From Botryllus schlosseri (taxonomy: Eukaryota): DNA of 64,000 nucleotides. Location of the stretch: the NCBI GenBank assembly GCA_051294905.1, contig CM119371.1:3722001-3786000 (forward strand), in the 5' to 3' direction. The position numbers and the translations under genes are program-made. A model generated the notes under the pieces. It had not been told where the DNA came from. It worked only from the letters and a program-made list of their open reading frames with translations, and ran no database searches. Each line of letters starts with the position of its first letter. Within the stretch, counting starts at the first letter, position 1. Positions 51,443-64,000 of the stretch are shown in pieces.

Positions 51443-52364
51443 CTAAAAGGTTGGAATCGATTGATTTGAGCGAGAAAAATAGCCTTCGTATCACAGTAAC
51501 TTGATATATTTACGAAAACAGCACTAATAATTGGGCTAGCCACAATGACCAAAGGACTCGCATCTGAAATCAGTATACACTCTACCAATTTGAACCAACT
51601 AAAGTAATTAATCGTCTCCTTACCAATAGGGTACGTGAGTGATTTGATACTGAATCACACATTAGGCTTTGAGCCTAGTGGAGTGTTCGAGTATCACTCA
51701 TTATGAAAAAATACCATTATGTAGGACAGAGGTCTCAAACTCAAATGTGCTCGCGGGCCAATTTTCCAGTTTTGGCGACGCCGCGGGCCGCAGCATTAAA
51801 AGGGGTATATATTCCATGTCTTTCGAAGTAGGCCTTATTCGACGGGATGAAATTGTCTTATTTAATATGAGCCGGACTGACATTCAACACACATCATAAA
51901 AGTATGATTCAATTTGGTATCAATTTAGGCCCGGCATGAAAAAAATCATCACAATTATTACTATTTGAATACAAGTCTTGTTGTACAAGCTCACGGTCAA
52001 ATACCTCCGAATATTGGAGCATAAAAATAACAATATAAATATTATAATGAAGGTGTCATAGTGATAGAAATGTCGGTAAGCCGAATAACCCATTTTTGTG
52101 ACATCGTTGGAGCGAACCACTACGGTACTCGGTACCTTTAAGTGGCCTAATAACATGGTTTAGCGACACAAGATGTAAATAACAGATTGTCAATGGTTGC
52201 CATAATAACTCGCTTATAGTTAGAGAAATACCAAACTGTGACTTTCTGATATATTATACTATTCCCATGATACGCGAATAGTTTGTTGCGTCCATGGTTT
52301 TAACCAATTCACGGCCTTCCGAGTCACTTCGAGTCAACTCGGGTCATTTTTTTTGACCATCGAG

Positions 52365-52875
52365 TAGGGCTGGGCACAATGATTCGAGTACTCGAATCTG
52401 AATCGAGTATAAACTTTAATGATTCGAGTCGAGTAGTAAAAGAAGATTTTTTCGAGTACTGAAATTATACGCTCCTCGCCACAGAAAGTTAATTTATTAA
52501 CGAGAATTATAGTTTCGATACTAAATTTCACTATTAAAACTTGAAACCTTGATTGGCCGTATGGCAGCATACGAAACATATAGTGCAAAGTTACGAACGT
52601 GACTGGAAATGACACATTTCCGAAGTCATGATCATCCCACAACATTGTCATCAAGTGCAATGGAATCGGTAGGGTCGAAAATATACCAAAGTATCTTTAA
52701 TGTGATGGATAACAGGAAATATATTCTTTGTGGTCGCATTAAAGGTACATATGTGAACCTTGGCATATTATATTATGATGTGGCGTCACAAAGTGTGATA
52801 CTCGATTACTCGACTCGAAACATTTTACGTGATTCACAATCGAATCACTCAGGTACTCGATTTTGCCCAGCCCTA
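52365..52875. mobile_element. Nested hAT MITE
   Basis: TAGGGCTGGGCA...TGCCCAGCCCTA; perfect TSD ccatcgag. Confidence 0.92.
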
Positions 52876-53024
52876 CCATCGAGTCAGCCCGAGTCCGAGT
52901 AATTCTAACGAAGATCGCGTCCAAGTCTAACTCACAAATTTCATTCAAGAATCGTCTAAGCATATAGTCCCACGAATCGTCTAAGAATAATGTTGCAAAC
53001 GGCTATCGTCTATATGGGTTAGGG

Positions 53025-54727
53025 CAGTGGTTCTCAACCTTTTTGACCTCGCGGCACACTTCGAAAATTAAAAATAGTTCGCGGCACACTAGCACAGTGG
53101 TTCCGAACTCTTTTGGCTTATGGCACATGCAAACTACCAGAATGCGTATAGCAGCAACCATCGTTTTACAGAGGTGGTCACTGACGATTGACGAAGTACT
53201 GCTACCTTTTCGGAGCACTCAAGTAGGCGTTTCTCTGCGTGAGTTTACTTTTATCTCTGCGGACATCCTACAAATGCATCTACGAATGGTATCATTTGAC
53301 ATGGCAATCGTTTTCAATTCTTCCCAAACATTTTTCTACAATTTTATTGCGGGCCGGAAGAGGAGCTCTCTCCGTTTACGTGTGAGGTTTTGAATTATCA
53401 GCTATTACCTCTGTTACCACATAACTGGCCTGCTGAGATCTCGTTTAAACTTCAGGTTCAGCTTAATTTCATAAGATTGACTTGATAATAAAGTCTGCCC
53501 ACTACCGCATTGTCGATGTAATTAACCATCGCATCGAAGAGTCCATCGCCACTAACAAATACAGAGGTGTTTATACAATATACATGGATGCCAAACGCAT
53601 CGTGTAATAGCACATGTGAGGATAGTGTACCTCAATAATCTTACTGGCAGCCACCCGCAGTTCACCTATAGTTCCAACAAATCGGAATAATAAACCTCAG
53701 CGGCGGGGAAATTTGTAACTGATATAATTTGATCAACTTTACTTATCAATTCTCGAATTTGTCGCCGGTAACATAACATTGCGCACTGAGCCTAAAGCCT
53801 ACATTTACCTGCACTCTGCAGTGCTGACAAGCTACCTAACAATCGTAATGTGAATGCCTATGTTGGCAATTCTAATTTTTAAACGTGAACGTGAACATCA
53901 CTTTCAAATGAGTTACTTTCTCGATGGTGAGAATGCCTTCCTAGGTGTTGGAGGTTTATGTAGGCTCCTACTCGTCCTCCGGTCTGCAAAGTGTCTTACA
54001 AAAAGTGAGCCGTGCTATAAGTTGGCATCTCAGGAATCAAAATATGTAATATCGGCATGGTGTAAAATGATAATCGATGACGAAGACATGGCAAGAATAC
54101 GACTACAAATAGAAACATAAAAAGGCCATCAACCTGCGTCACGTCCCTGTTCTACCTACGGCTCTGATGGGAGTCACTTCGGCCACACCTCAATATCACT
54201 ATAGATTACTAACCTACGTCGTAGGTTAATAATCTATAATATCCAATTACCCGAGTTTAGTTATCACCGTCCTAAATGCTACTGATGCTACTGTGGGCAA
54301 ACTAGCATATCACACCCATTGACGGTGGAGGCCCCAATTTGATTCATGGCAGTGCAGTAGCAAGTTACAAAGCGTTGCAGATTTATTAGATTATCCGCCC
54401 CTATACGTTGCTGTGCTCAGAGCGTCTTTACAATAAAAAGCCCAGAGAAAGACCCAATCCATGACATAATGGGGATGCCAGATTGAAATACTAGATTGAG
54501 ATACCGTGACTACGGTCGCCTCGGCATCCTTATATCTGTTCACTGCATCGGATTGTGCATCGCGTGTCTTGATCGGGTAAATTCAATAGAAAAACCACCA
54601 ACAATGACACACTCAAAATTGGGGTTTTTGTTAAACTTAGACATAGTTTACCACATTTGCTCGCGGCACACCTGAGCAGTCCAATTGGCACACTAGTGTG
54701 CCGCGGCACACCGGTTGAGAACCACTG
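53025..54727. mobile_element. Nested hAT (Charlie-like) element with GCGGCACAC motifs
   Basis: CAGTGGTTCTCAACC...GGTTGAGAACCACTG; perfect TSD ggttaggg. Confidence 0.92.
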
Positions 54728-56616
54728 GGTTAGGGTTTACCATAATGAATTGGAAACGTGGCGAAAGAGTGAATATTCAACCACGTGGTCGTGGTTAGTG
54801 AAGTTTGATGAAAAGTTTCAAGCTTTCGGAGCAATTTGAGAGGGAATTTTTACTTTATAACTTGAAAAGATATATGTGGCACTTATTTATTGTAAAATTA
54901 TTGAAAATGTAAAATGTTGTCGCGGGCCGCACAAAATGCTCTGGCGGGCCGCGTGTTTGAGACCTCTGATGTAGGATATCAAACGTCATATTGATACCTT
55001 ACACGCTACTACAAAGAATACATTGTCTGTACTTTGATATTTTATCCACAATACCTATCTCATTGCACTTTGTGACAATACTGTGGGTCTATCATGACTT
55101 CAGAAATATGTCAATCCCAATAACATTCATAACTTTGTACTACATTTTCCATAGGCTCCGATACGGCCAGTCTAGGTTTCAATGCTCCCACAGTAGAAAA
55201 TACCGTCGAAACTATAATTCTCGTTATTCAATTACATTTCGTTGGCAAAGAGCGTAAATATTCAGCACTCCAAAAATTTCACTACTAGACTCGAATCATT
55301 AAAGATATTAATCGAAGCAGATTCAAGTATTCGTATCATTGTGCCCAGCCCTACTAAACACTATGTGGTAATTCATTAACTAAATTTATCGTTTGGATCG
55401 TATTTCCACTGTGGAAGCCTTGGAACTGTATTCATATGACAGCATACGAAAGCTTTTGTATATAACTACGTTAACGGAAAGGAAATATCTGTAAACCCGC
55501 AGCATTTGCAATGAAATAGGCAATGCCTATTAGGCATGGTTGACAAAAAACATATCATTTTTAATATGACGTAGATACGGCATTATATTCTTTATAGTTG
55601 CATGAAAAGTACATATTTGCACTATCTACATTTCCCATACCCCTATGATGTCAGAAGTAGTGGTACTTGACTCGACGGCTACTATTCAATTCATAGTCAA
55701 ATCACTCAGGCACTCGATTATCACACTACCAATGAATATACTACAAGGAGATTGTCAGTGGTGATCAACTCTCACAAAACATCATGTTTCCATCATGAGT
55801 GGCAGTATCTGAAAATTTACTCGGGTGGCCAACAAGCTCTATATCACATTATTAAGAGAGCATTCTTTCACATATTATTTCAGGCTTCACGGAGTTCAAT
55901 ATAATTGGCTGGTATGCAGACTTTTACAAGCTACCAATCTAGTTAGTTGACGGTCAACTGACATATGACTAGTTGCCAACAACTAGAAAACTTGCGTCAT
56001 CGTTTGACGTGAATCGCGATCCCGGCGTTTTATCGTGTGATGTTCTTGCAGACATTTCTACCTCAGAATCATCACTGCAGAGACTGGCGTGGCCAGGCTG
56101 TTAGGAGTTTACAGCCTCCCCATTTCAGCTAGGACAAACTACTTCGTAAGGACAGACAGTTCCAAACAGAAGTGAAGATAAGTAGTGCAATTCTAACGTT
56201 ATGTGGGAAAACACCTAGTTTGCATATGATAGGTCAAATTTGTTCAAAATTAGGATTTTTTAGGTCAAAAAATGTTAAAGTTTTGATTTTTTAGGTCACA
56301 ATCTTTGTTTTTTTAGGTAAAAGAATCACCCTATTCAAAACCATCCATGTCATCAAACTCTCCGTTGGGACTGCCAGCAGTCTGATTGCATTTGTGACAT
56401 GACGATAATGGGGGCGCCAAATTTTCCACCATCAAAAATGGGGCCGTGTCAAAACAAATTTGAGAACCGCTGTTCTAGATCTAATTGAAGTTGCTGGTTT
56501 TGCAAAGACAGTACGGATTTTGGAAATCCTGTGGTTTGTTCAAGTCTGGGTATAGCACCTGAATAGTGGTTTAAAAGTACGGTAAGCATGAACGATTCTA
56601 CCAACGTTTTCCTTAC

Positions 56617-56718
56617 CATTCAGAGACTCGATACAATTTTCCACTTTGTCGGAAGTGAGGTCTTGAATTGGACGAGACCACATCCCTTTGACATGCCAAT
56701 GGTGGAATTGATGGCGAT
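56617..56718 (-). pseudogene. RBM28: RRM RNP1 exon remnant (RBM28 RRM3-like)
   Basis: IAINSTIGMSKGCGLVQFKT, frameshift, DKVENCIESLN; acceptor attcag|, donor G|GTAAGG. Confidence 0.65.
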
Positions 56719-58078
56719 CTGAATAGAAGATGTCAAAAATGTGACAGCAACATATTGAAATATATGAATATGTGCAGGGAAAAAATGTACTTGCATCTGA
56801 GATCTGACGACCATTAAATACGGAGGCAAAGCTATCCATAGCAGCAAGTTTCCACCTCTGATATGCAATAAATCGGTGTTGCTAAAAATCGCTGTATACG
56901 TTACAATCGTTCGGATTGTTCTCGATACGCTGTTGTGACTGGTGAGAGCGACAAATCATTCATTCAATCATTTTGCGTTTACTGAACTTTCATTATTCTA
57001 TAACAAATATATTGACCGCTTACAGTGTGCGTTGTCGCAGTAGTAAAGTAATATAATAACAACAAGGTCAATGATTGGTCAAAGATTGGTCAATGGTCAT
57101 TGTTGTAGGTGATAACCCTAACCAAATCTCTTATTTGATCTAGCATTCAGAATTGTATTCGAATATACTTTACAAGTTTATATTACTAGTCAAGCATTGG
57201 CGTAAGCCTAATTTATATGTCATGGATAAGTAGTTAGGTAATGCTTCATATCAATTCGTTTCCGCTATCTAAGGTTTTGTGTTCACTATTTTGGTGGATA
57301 AATTAATGACTGCGGGTATACAACAGTTACTTCGTTTGACAGTACTATGCATTTGGGTGCTATACAACGCATTTTTCCATGTATATTCATCTCTATCTTC
57401 ATCCCTCGGTTTAAAATAAATGACGGCTCAATCTGAATTTCGAACAGCTAGTAAAATGCAATGTGATGCCTTGTACTTCGAAAAGACAACTTGACTTCAA
57501 TTGTGACTTGACTTGACTCGAACCAAAATGCGCAATGAATCAAGATGACTTGTGACTCGAAGGTAGTGACTTGATCCAAGCACTGCTGGCTGAAGAGAGA
57601 GACATGGGATATTTTGCATCATCTACCCATGTCTCAGCGACTATACATGATACTACAATAGAGTTGTGCTACACACAGATGAAAAGCTTCGTGCAGCATG
57701 TAGGCAACTAGAGTGGAACATGACGGTATTTAAAAATAATTTATTTGCAGATCCATTATGGTATGTTTCTGAAGAAAATGGCTACAAACAAATTTTTTCC
57801 CACAATTTTTTGTTTAATTTGATAGCACATCATCTTTAGAGCGCAGTGACCATTGAAAACAATCATTCTGGAATATATTTGTACCACAACATTTCTCAAT
57901 AACCGTTAAACATTTTTCCCTATCGAATAACAAAATGAGGTCGCACGTAAATGCTGGTTTTATTTTCGTTTTAATTGGGGTCACCCATTATAAAGTTGCC
58001 GACCGGTGTTCTAGAGTAGGTCAGCCCCACAATACTGACAATTGTTTTTGCTGAATATTGGACCGCACATAGGCCTAC

Positions 58079-58223
58079 CTGGTCGTACGAGTCCGTCCCT
58101 GCCGAGATACAAATTCCTTTTGCCGTCCTTCTCCTTCTTTTGCTTCTTCTGTTGATTTAACATCCTTTCACGTCTGTTCACAGCTTAATCAACTCAAATC
58201 TCATTCCCGTCCAGGTTGTTGCC
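58079..58223 (-). pseudogene. RBM28: RBM28-like exon (LDG...NLYL), copy 2
   Basis: GNNLDGNEI*VD*AVNRRE...KDGKRNLYLGRDGLVRP with two in-frame stops; donor G|GTAGG. Confidence 0.85.
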
Positions 58224-59496
58224 CTGCAATGGTAGTCAGATAGTCGCAAATATGTTTACAGACAGACTTGTACAATAGGGGGGACTTTTTTTCAAATTTC
58301 ATCGGCTTTATTGTCAAATCGTCAGGTTACCTTAAAAACCTTTCACAACAAATTTGACTCCATTCCAACAAGTAGATGCCGAGGTCAGTCAAATTGGTCA
58401 TTTTTTAATAGTGGTATTTACGGTGACCAATTTCGTCATACTGACATGACCCAAAATCCTATTCCAGGTATGCCTGAAGAGGGAGGAATATCTTTTCCAC
58501 TGGTTTTGATCTTGACAAGGGCCTGTGGAGGAGTTCGGATGAAGACATTGCCAGTGAACGAAAAAAGATATGACATGGATTAGCTGGAAATTAGTCCACG
58601 TCACTCAAATAGACACGTTAAAAATCAATTCATGGTCGAGTCGCTCAGGTACTTGATTTTGACAACCCTACTCATGAGTAGTACAAGGAGATTGTCAGTG
58701 GCCATTAACTCTCACAAAACATCATTATTCAATAACGAGTGGCAGCATCTCTAAATCTATTCGGGTGGCCAACAAGTTACAAACCCCTTGGTAGTGTATT
58801 TTTTCACATACTTTTTCAGGCCCCGTCGATTATAATATTATTTACTGGTATGCAGACTTGTGTAAGCTACCAATCTGGATAGTTGAAGGTCAACTAAAAA
58901 CTGGTTGTTTGAATAGTTAGTGTTGTGGATTTTGAAAAGTGAGTAGTTTTAGTTACAGTAGCGCATTAAAGAACTAGTTGCCAATAACTGGAAAACTCAC
59001 GTCATCGTTTTGCGTGAATCGTGATACCGTCTTTGTGTTCTGTGATGTTCTTGCAGCCATTTCTAGCTCAGGGTCATCGCTAAAGAGACTGCCGTAGGGG
59101 TGTTAGGGGTTGAAAGCCTTCCCATTTTAACTAGAAACCCTTACTTTTAGAAGTGTCGATTCTGTATCCAGTATTTCCTATCTCGTTAGCGATTCAGTAA
59201 TTTGTATTATCAGTGCTGCCAATTATCGACGATTGACAGTGCACAATGGTATGCGATCTGGTTAGTTAGTTGCAGAGCTTTAATGGTCGTGGTTCCAGTT
59301 ACGCATCTCGAACACCCAGCAGTTTGTAGAAGTCTGTTGGTATATATTATTTTAGGAAGTGGGTAGAGTTTTATCCTCATTGGCCGAATGATTATGATCA
59401 AGTGTTGTAAAGGAAAAATGATACCATAAAATGAAACAGAAAACGTGAAAAGGTAATGTCAAAGTCACAAAACGTCTGCTTTACTTGCAGTTTTAC

Positions 59497-59714
59497 CTGT
59501 TTTTCAATGCAATTCAACTATGGGCCTCTTGATCGGTACGAAGATGCCAGGATTGTCATCAAAACTTTTCGTAGCTTTCAAAGCGTGCTCGTTCTTGGTG
59601 ATGTTAATGAATGCGTATCAGAGCGGTCTTCCGACTCCGTCTTTGTTGAAAGTCTTCTCGAGAATCCATGATAACTGCACCATGTCGATCTTTGAATTGG
59701 GCCAGGAGAAGCTC
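59497..59714 (-). pseudogene. RBM28: RBM28-like RRM4 exon remnant
   Basis: GVGRPL*YAFINITKNEHALKATKSFDDNPGIFVPIKRPIVE; acceptor ttttcag|, donor AG|GTAAAA. Confidence 0.85.
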
Positions 59715-62364
59715 CTGAAAACATAATGGAATCACTTTATCGAAGTACTTCTCAGAGTAAACGAGTTAGTCACACAAAACGGCTACAGAAAAGTATAGAA
59801 CAGCGCTTCTCTACTTTATCAGCTTGTGTAACGGTAAAATTTCCAAAAATCAAGGTCAACACAGAATGTAATGACGACAACAGCAGGCAATTTGAAACCA
59901 AGAATCTTAACATTAATCAAATGAGAAATTTGCTACTGTCCGTTTGATATCACACCTGTTATATCAGGTGACATTGAAGCCTCTGAGAGACGGGATAAAA
60001 CCAAGAACTCACTTTTGACCATTTGGTGTATTTTGGAAGAAACGCGACCAAATGTTTGCCGGATATATAATACTGTCAAATATCGCTAATTTGGTATTTT
60101 AGAATGTCCTCAAATTTCGGAAAGTATTTATGACTCATGACTGGTCTTTAACGAGTTGTAGGCTACTTTCAAACATGGTACAGCACGTGAAGCATTGTTC
60201 GCTGAAGACTTCAAGGTTAGCATAAGGTTAAAAACCACTGCTCTAGTCATTTAGTATACTACCTTGATGACAGCACTTCATAGAACACACACATATTTCA
60301 GCAAAGAAGTTGTGTCCAGTGATAATCAGTTTAACGATAGACTTGTGTCATAGTTATGAATGGAAATTGTTAACTTGACGGATCGAATATTCTCAACCGA
60401 TGCTACTTGTTCGAGGTTCTTATGTGAGGACAGTGGTTCTTAACCTTTACTAACCCGGTGAACCGTTACATTAATCTGAAAGCATTTGGAGAACCCCGTA
60501 TTTTCGGCAAGTCACTAATAAGCTACCAGGTAAAACTTCTAATACACTACCGTACTATAGAATACTGGTCCACTGAATCAACATTGCATTACAATCACTG
60601 TTGAAGGAAAAAAAACATGTAACATGATCACACAGCATATATTACAGTAAATGATTGAGACTTCTGCTGTATGAGTCTGGTTCAGAATGACTTGGGCAAC
60701 TAAATAATTCTGGTTGTTTGATTTCACGAATTATAGAAAAATGTCGGTAATATAATTCTATAATTCTATAATTCTTTGCTGTAATTCTAATCCGATTTCT
60801 TAATTCTAATGTATTTCCTGGTTCATCCAGAATTGCTACAGGAGAACTGTACCGTGCAAAACGAGTCGAGCATAGTGTGCTGACATTTGTCAGCTTCATG
60901 CTTATGAGAATAAGGCCTGATATGATATGAACTCGACTTTATTCCATGTCAAGCTTTTGCAAATTGAGTAATTCTAATTACAATCTAATTTGGTAAAACT
61001 GTGTAACTATGCAACTTGAAGTCTGGTCTAATTTGAAAAGAAAAACGGTCCAGTTATTATTCGAATTCTAGTCTAATTTGGAGAAGAAAAAAAATGTGCA
61101 GCTATAACTCTAATTCTAATCTAATTTCGAAAACCTGAAAATCATGAACTTGTCCAAGCCTGGCACATAAAACCCCTGGGGTAATCGTATGAGCCCCGGT
61201 TAGTAGGCACTGCTCCAAGGTAAAATACAAAGCATGCTAACAGTTGTGATTCTGACATACCTTCAACTTTTTACCGTTCACACTTTTAGGAAGATTGTCA
61301 AAATAAAGTCAAAAGTTGCAGAGAGACATTGGTATTTTTTCTGTTTGGACCGTTTGGCATTGTTGATCTTTTCACGTTTCATCCATTCTACTGCATTGAG
61401 ACCTTACGCGGCACGCATTCCTACACAAAAAAAACACAGCCGGTCATTGTAGTCAGCACTGCAATTTACTACAAGTGTTAATCGGATGTGGCTACTTTCG
61501 AAGTAGGTTCTCGATTAGAGCAAAATGATTCACACAATACACTGGAAGAATATTGGAAACCATTTTCAACTACAACGACACAGGGGGCTGTAACTCAGTA
61601 AAATAAGTGTTGTCACTAATCTCAAAACTACTCTGCAGTTTTCAAAATCAAAATGCAATAGTAAGTACCGTAGTTTGGTTGTGAAGTATAAATGGAAGTA
61701 GTCATAACATAACCAATTTAATTAGTTACCGGTATACTAAGCAAAACATACTAAAAAGTTTTAGGAATCAAAATGGAGTCCAATGCCATCCAAGCGGAAG
61801 CAGTAATCTTCACAGCAAACAAAAACTTCATGTTGAGTGAAAATGAGCTTTCAAAGTTGGTATGTAATAGTTGCAAAATTAGCTAAAATAGTTGAGAATC
61901 ACTGGGTGATATGAACTCAAACGGGAACTGTACCACCCGGATACTATGATGATTAATTATGATAAAAATGTACGAGAATGGGTCTTTGATAAAAATGTGT
62001 TACATGATACCATGCCATAGACTGCAGGTCTGTCAGATGTAATACAATTTTATATATATCAATACGCTAGTGCATTGCTTTTCAACCTTTTTGAACACCA
62101 TCAGCACTTTTTTCTGCAAGATGAATTTCATGGCAACAAACCAACCGAAAATTGGTATACAAAAAGAAAATGTAGATACTTAACAAGATTTTGTTTATAT
62201 GTGCAAGAATTAGTCGACTGGTTCAGGCTATTAAATGTCTCATTAAAAATACCACCCTATTCCGTAGTTTCGATTTCAACTATAGTGCACTAAACCCTTT
62301 TCGGCGAAATAAGTGTTCAGTTTTGTACAAGAATTTCTAGTCCTTGGATATCCAGGTGTTTATA

Positions 62365-62503
62365 AGAACCATCCCGCACTCCTATCCAGAATACAGCGTC
62401 TTTTCCATGTGCAAAAAAAGGTTTCCGACAAAGGTCTCACAACGTCCAGTTCGTCGAATGGCTGCAAAACCCGCATGTCTGCTTCAATGCTTCTCTCATA
62501 GGA
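62365..62503 (-). pseudogene. RBM28: RBM28-like exon remnant (linker and start of RRM4)
   Basis: ADMRVLQPFDELDVVRPLSETFFCTWKRRCILD aligns without gaps to recalled [33 protein letters not shown]; expected position in exon order; 3' boundary approximate. Confidence 0.45.
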
Positions 62504-63811
62504 CTTGGAAAGTAAGCTCCAAAACTAACATGAAGAATAAGCACATATGAGCTGGACACCTTGTGATACGCTGATAAACAGTGACCTTGGATATATAAAA
62601 ACAATGTGCAAGAAATTCCACAAATTTTACCTGCATATTATCAGCACACTTAGGTGGCGTGCAGACTCAAAATTATACCATTTGCAACCCATACTTTGAG
62701 GAGCCGTGACGGGGACAGAATTTAAATAGTATATTCATATTGAAATGAACCCGAATATTTTCGGCTGACACTCGTCAGGGGTAATCGTCAGCAACTAGTA
62801 GAGAATTGGAAAGAACATTGTATATCAACAGACAGAATTTGCTTTACAGAAACTTGCAAGTGTGAGTCTGTGAGGATGGTATGTATTACTATCTTCGTGC
62901 CTCGTGCTAATCGAACCATTTGTACGAAAATATGATGATTTTCCAGAGAATTAAAGCAGAAATTCATTTTTAAGTCATTAATCCCGCGTGTCGCAAGCTC
63001 AGAGTTAGCTGTGTACTGCAGCCTATACATGCCACTACACTCGGTTTTGTACCACACTTTTTAGTAGGTAATAAATGCAGCGCACAAATAGTAATTCACT
63101 ATGGCTGGCGTGAGACAAAGTTATTGTAAAAGAGACGAATAGGTCAAACACGTTTTTGCATTTACGTTTCAATGACCAAGGTTATGGAGACACTGCACTC
63201 GAATTTCCTATCAGGTTTATTTAAATTATTCCACGCCAGAACAAGTACGGTGACAATTATTCACTATTTTCATCCGCATTCATCTGCATCGATTTATAAA
63301 TTCGTAATGTATTTATCTGCGTCTTGTCATGACAGAGTTCATGCTCTACTTTGGTCTTGGCATACATCACAATTCACAATAATGTAATTGCTGGACCAAG
63401 CTTTTTGAAAGTAACCTACCTTTCAACTACTTGAAGAATATTTATATGTGATTGTGTAACCGAAGAAGACTTGTAAACCAAATCCTTACATATTGACTCT
63501 ATCTTTTGGAGAGATCTGTGAGTATATAATGTAGTCTGGAGTCTAGCCCACACCAAAGTTGTTGCCTTTTGAAAAGAAATCCAAGAATCTAAATCAAGTT
63601 AGTGCTTTTTAATAGAGCCACATACAACGAGTGTGATATCAAAAAGGCACTAGCAACCGTCTAATTAAAATGAGCCTCTGATATTTGCTTTCAAGTTGCA
63701 CACTTGCTTTATATACGATTTAGGTTGATTTTGACTTTTGATGACTGGTGTATAGAGTATGGCGGCACCACAATACTGAAAAGCTTGTGTTGGATATTGG
63801 CCCTCATGTAC

Positions 63812-63961
63812 CAGGTCGAACGAGACATTACCTGCCGCGATACGAATTCCTCTTGTTCTAATTTTCATGATTTCGGTTCTTCTGTTGAGTGGGAATCCTT
63901 TTCATATCAGTACTGCTCACTGCTTGATACGCTTGAATCTCTTTCACGTTCAGGATCTTGC
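63812..63961 (-). pseudogene. RBM28: RBM28-like exon (end of RRM3 plus NLYL linker), copy 1
   Basis: GKILNVKEIQAYQAVSS...NKRNSYRGR*CLVRP; homologous to 58079-58223, including the flanking intron (tttacagacagacttg). Confidence 0.7.
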
Positions 63962-64000
63962 CTGGAATGGCAGCCATAGATTTATTTACAGACAGACTTG

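Larger units (their letters stand above)
51727..54968. mobile_element. hAT element with GCGGGCC subterminal motifs
   Basis: CAGAGGTCTCAAAC...GTTTGAGACCTCTG; perfect TSD atgtagga. Confidence 0.92.
51627..55353. mobile_element. Old hAT MITE (TAGGGCTGGGC family), split by nested insertions
   Basis: 51627-51726 plus 54969-55353 together match the reverse complement of 52365-52875. Confidence 0.7.
50936..63961 (-). pseudogene. RBM28: Decayed intron-containing RBM28/Nop4-like pseudogene (RRM3 to C-terminal exons), continuing beyond the window
   Basis: Exon remnants resemble RBM28 as I recall it: KRNLYLGRDGLVRP, YAFINITKNEHALKA...NPGIFVPIKRPIVE, MSKGCGLVQF. Multiple stops and frameshifts; splice sites retained. 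Confidence 0.8.

Noticed and set aside
53017..54735. GGTTAGGG at both ends as telomere seeds
   Set aside because: It is the 8-bp target-site duplication of the nested element.

Overview
AT-rich, repeat-dense animal genomic DNA with spliceosomal GT-AG introns; it resembles a marine invertebrate such as an ascidian, but the taxon is an inference. The main feature is a minus-strand NLR/NACHT gene that I assembled by hand from 10 phase-compatible exons (30075 to 4011, about 928 aa). It has no death-fold domain. Instead it has a short N-terminus carrying a RHIM-like, amyloid-like N/V/I-rich motif on its own symmetric exon, followed by NACHT, WHD/HD2, degenerate exon-encoded LRR-like repeats and a C-terminal CaaX box (CIVS*). 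The right end holds a decayed, intron-containing RBM28/Nop4-like pseudogene with extra exons out of order. A Penelope-like RT remnant is split by a rearranged Gypsy element (3' LTR plus integrase on minus, PBS plus gag start on plus) that is joined back through about four TTAGGG repeats. There is also a possible decayed Polinton/Maverick-like region containing an 801-bp near-perfect inverted duplication, many hAT-type MITEs with perfect 8-bp TSDs (including a multi-level nest), a long-TIR TA-flanked element and a tRNA-SINE. All calls were made by eye; no database searches were run.
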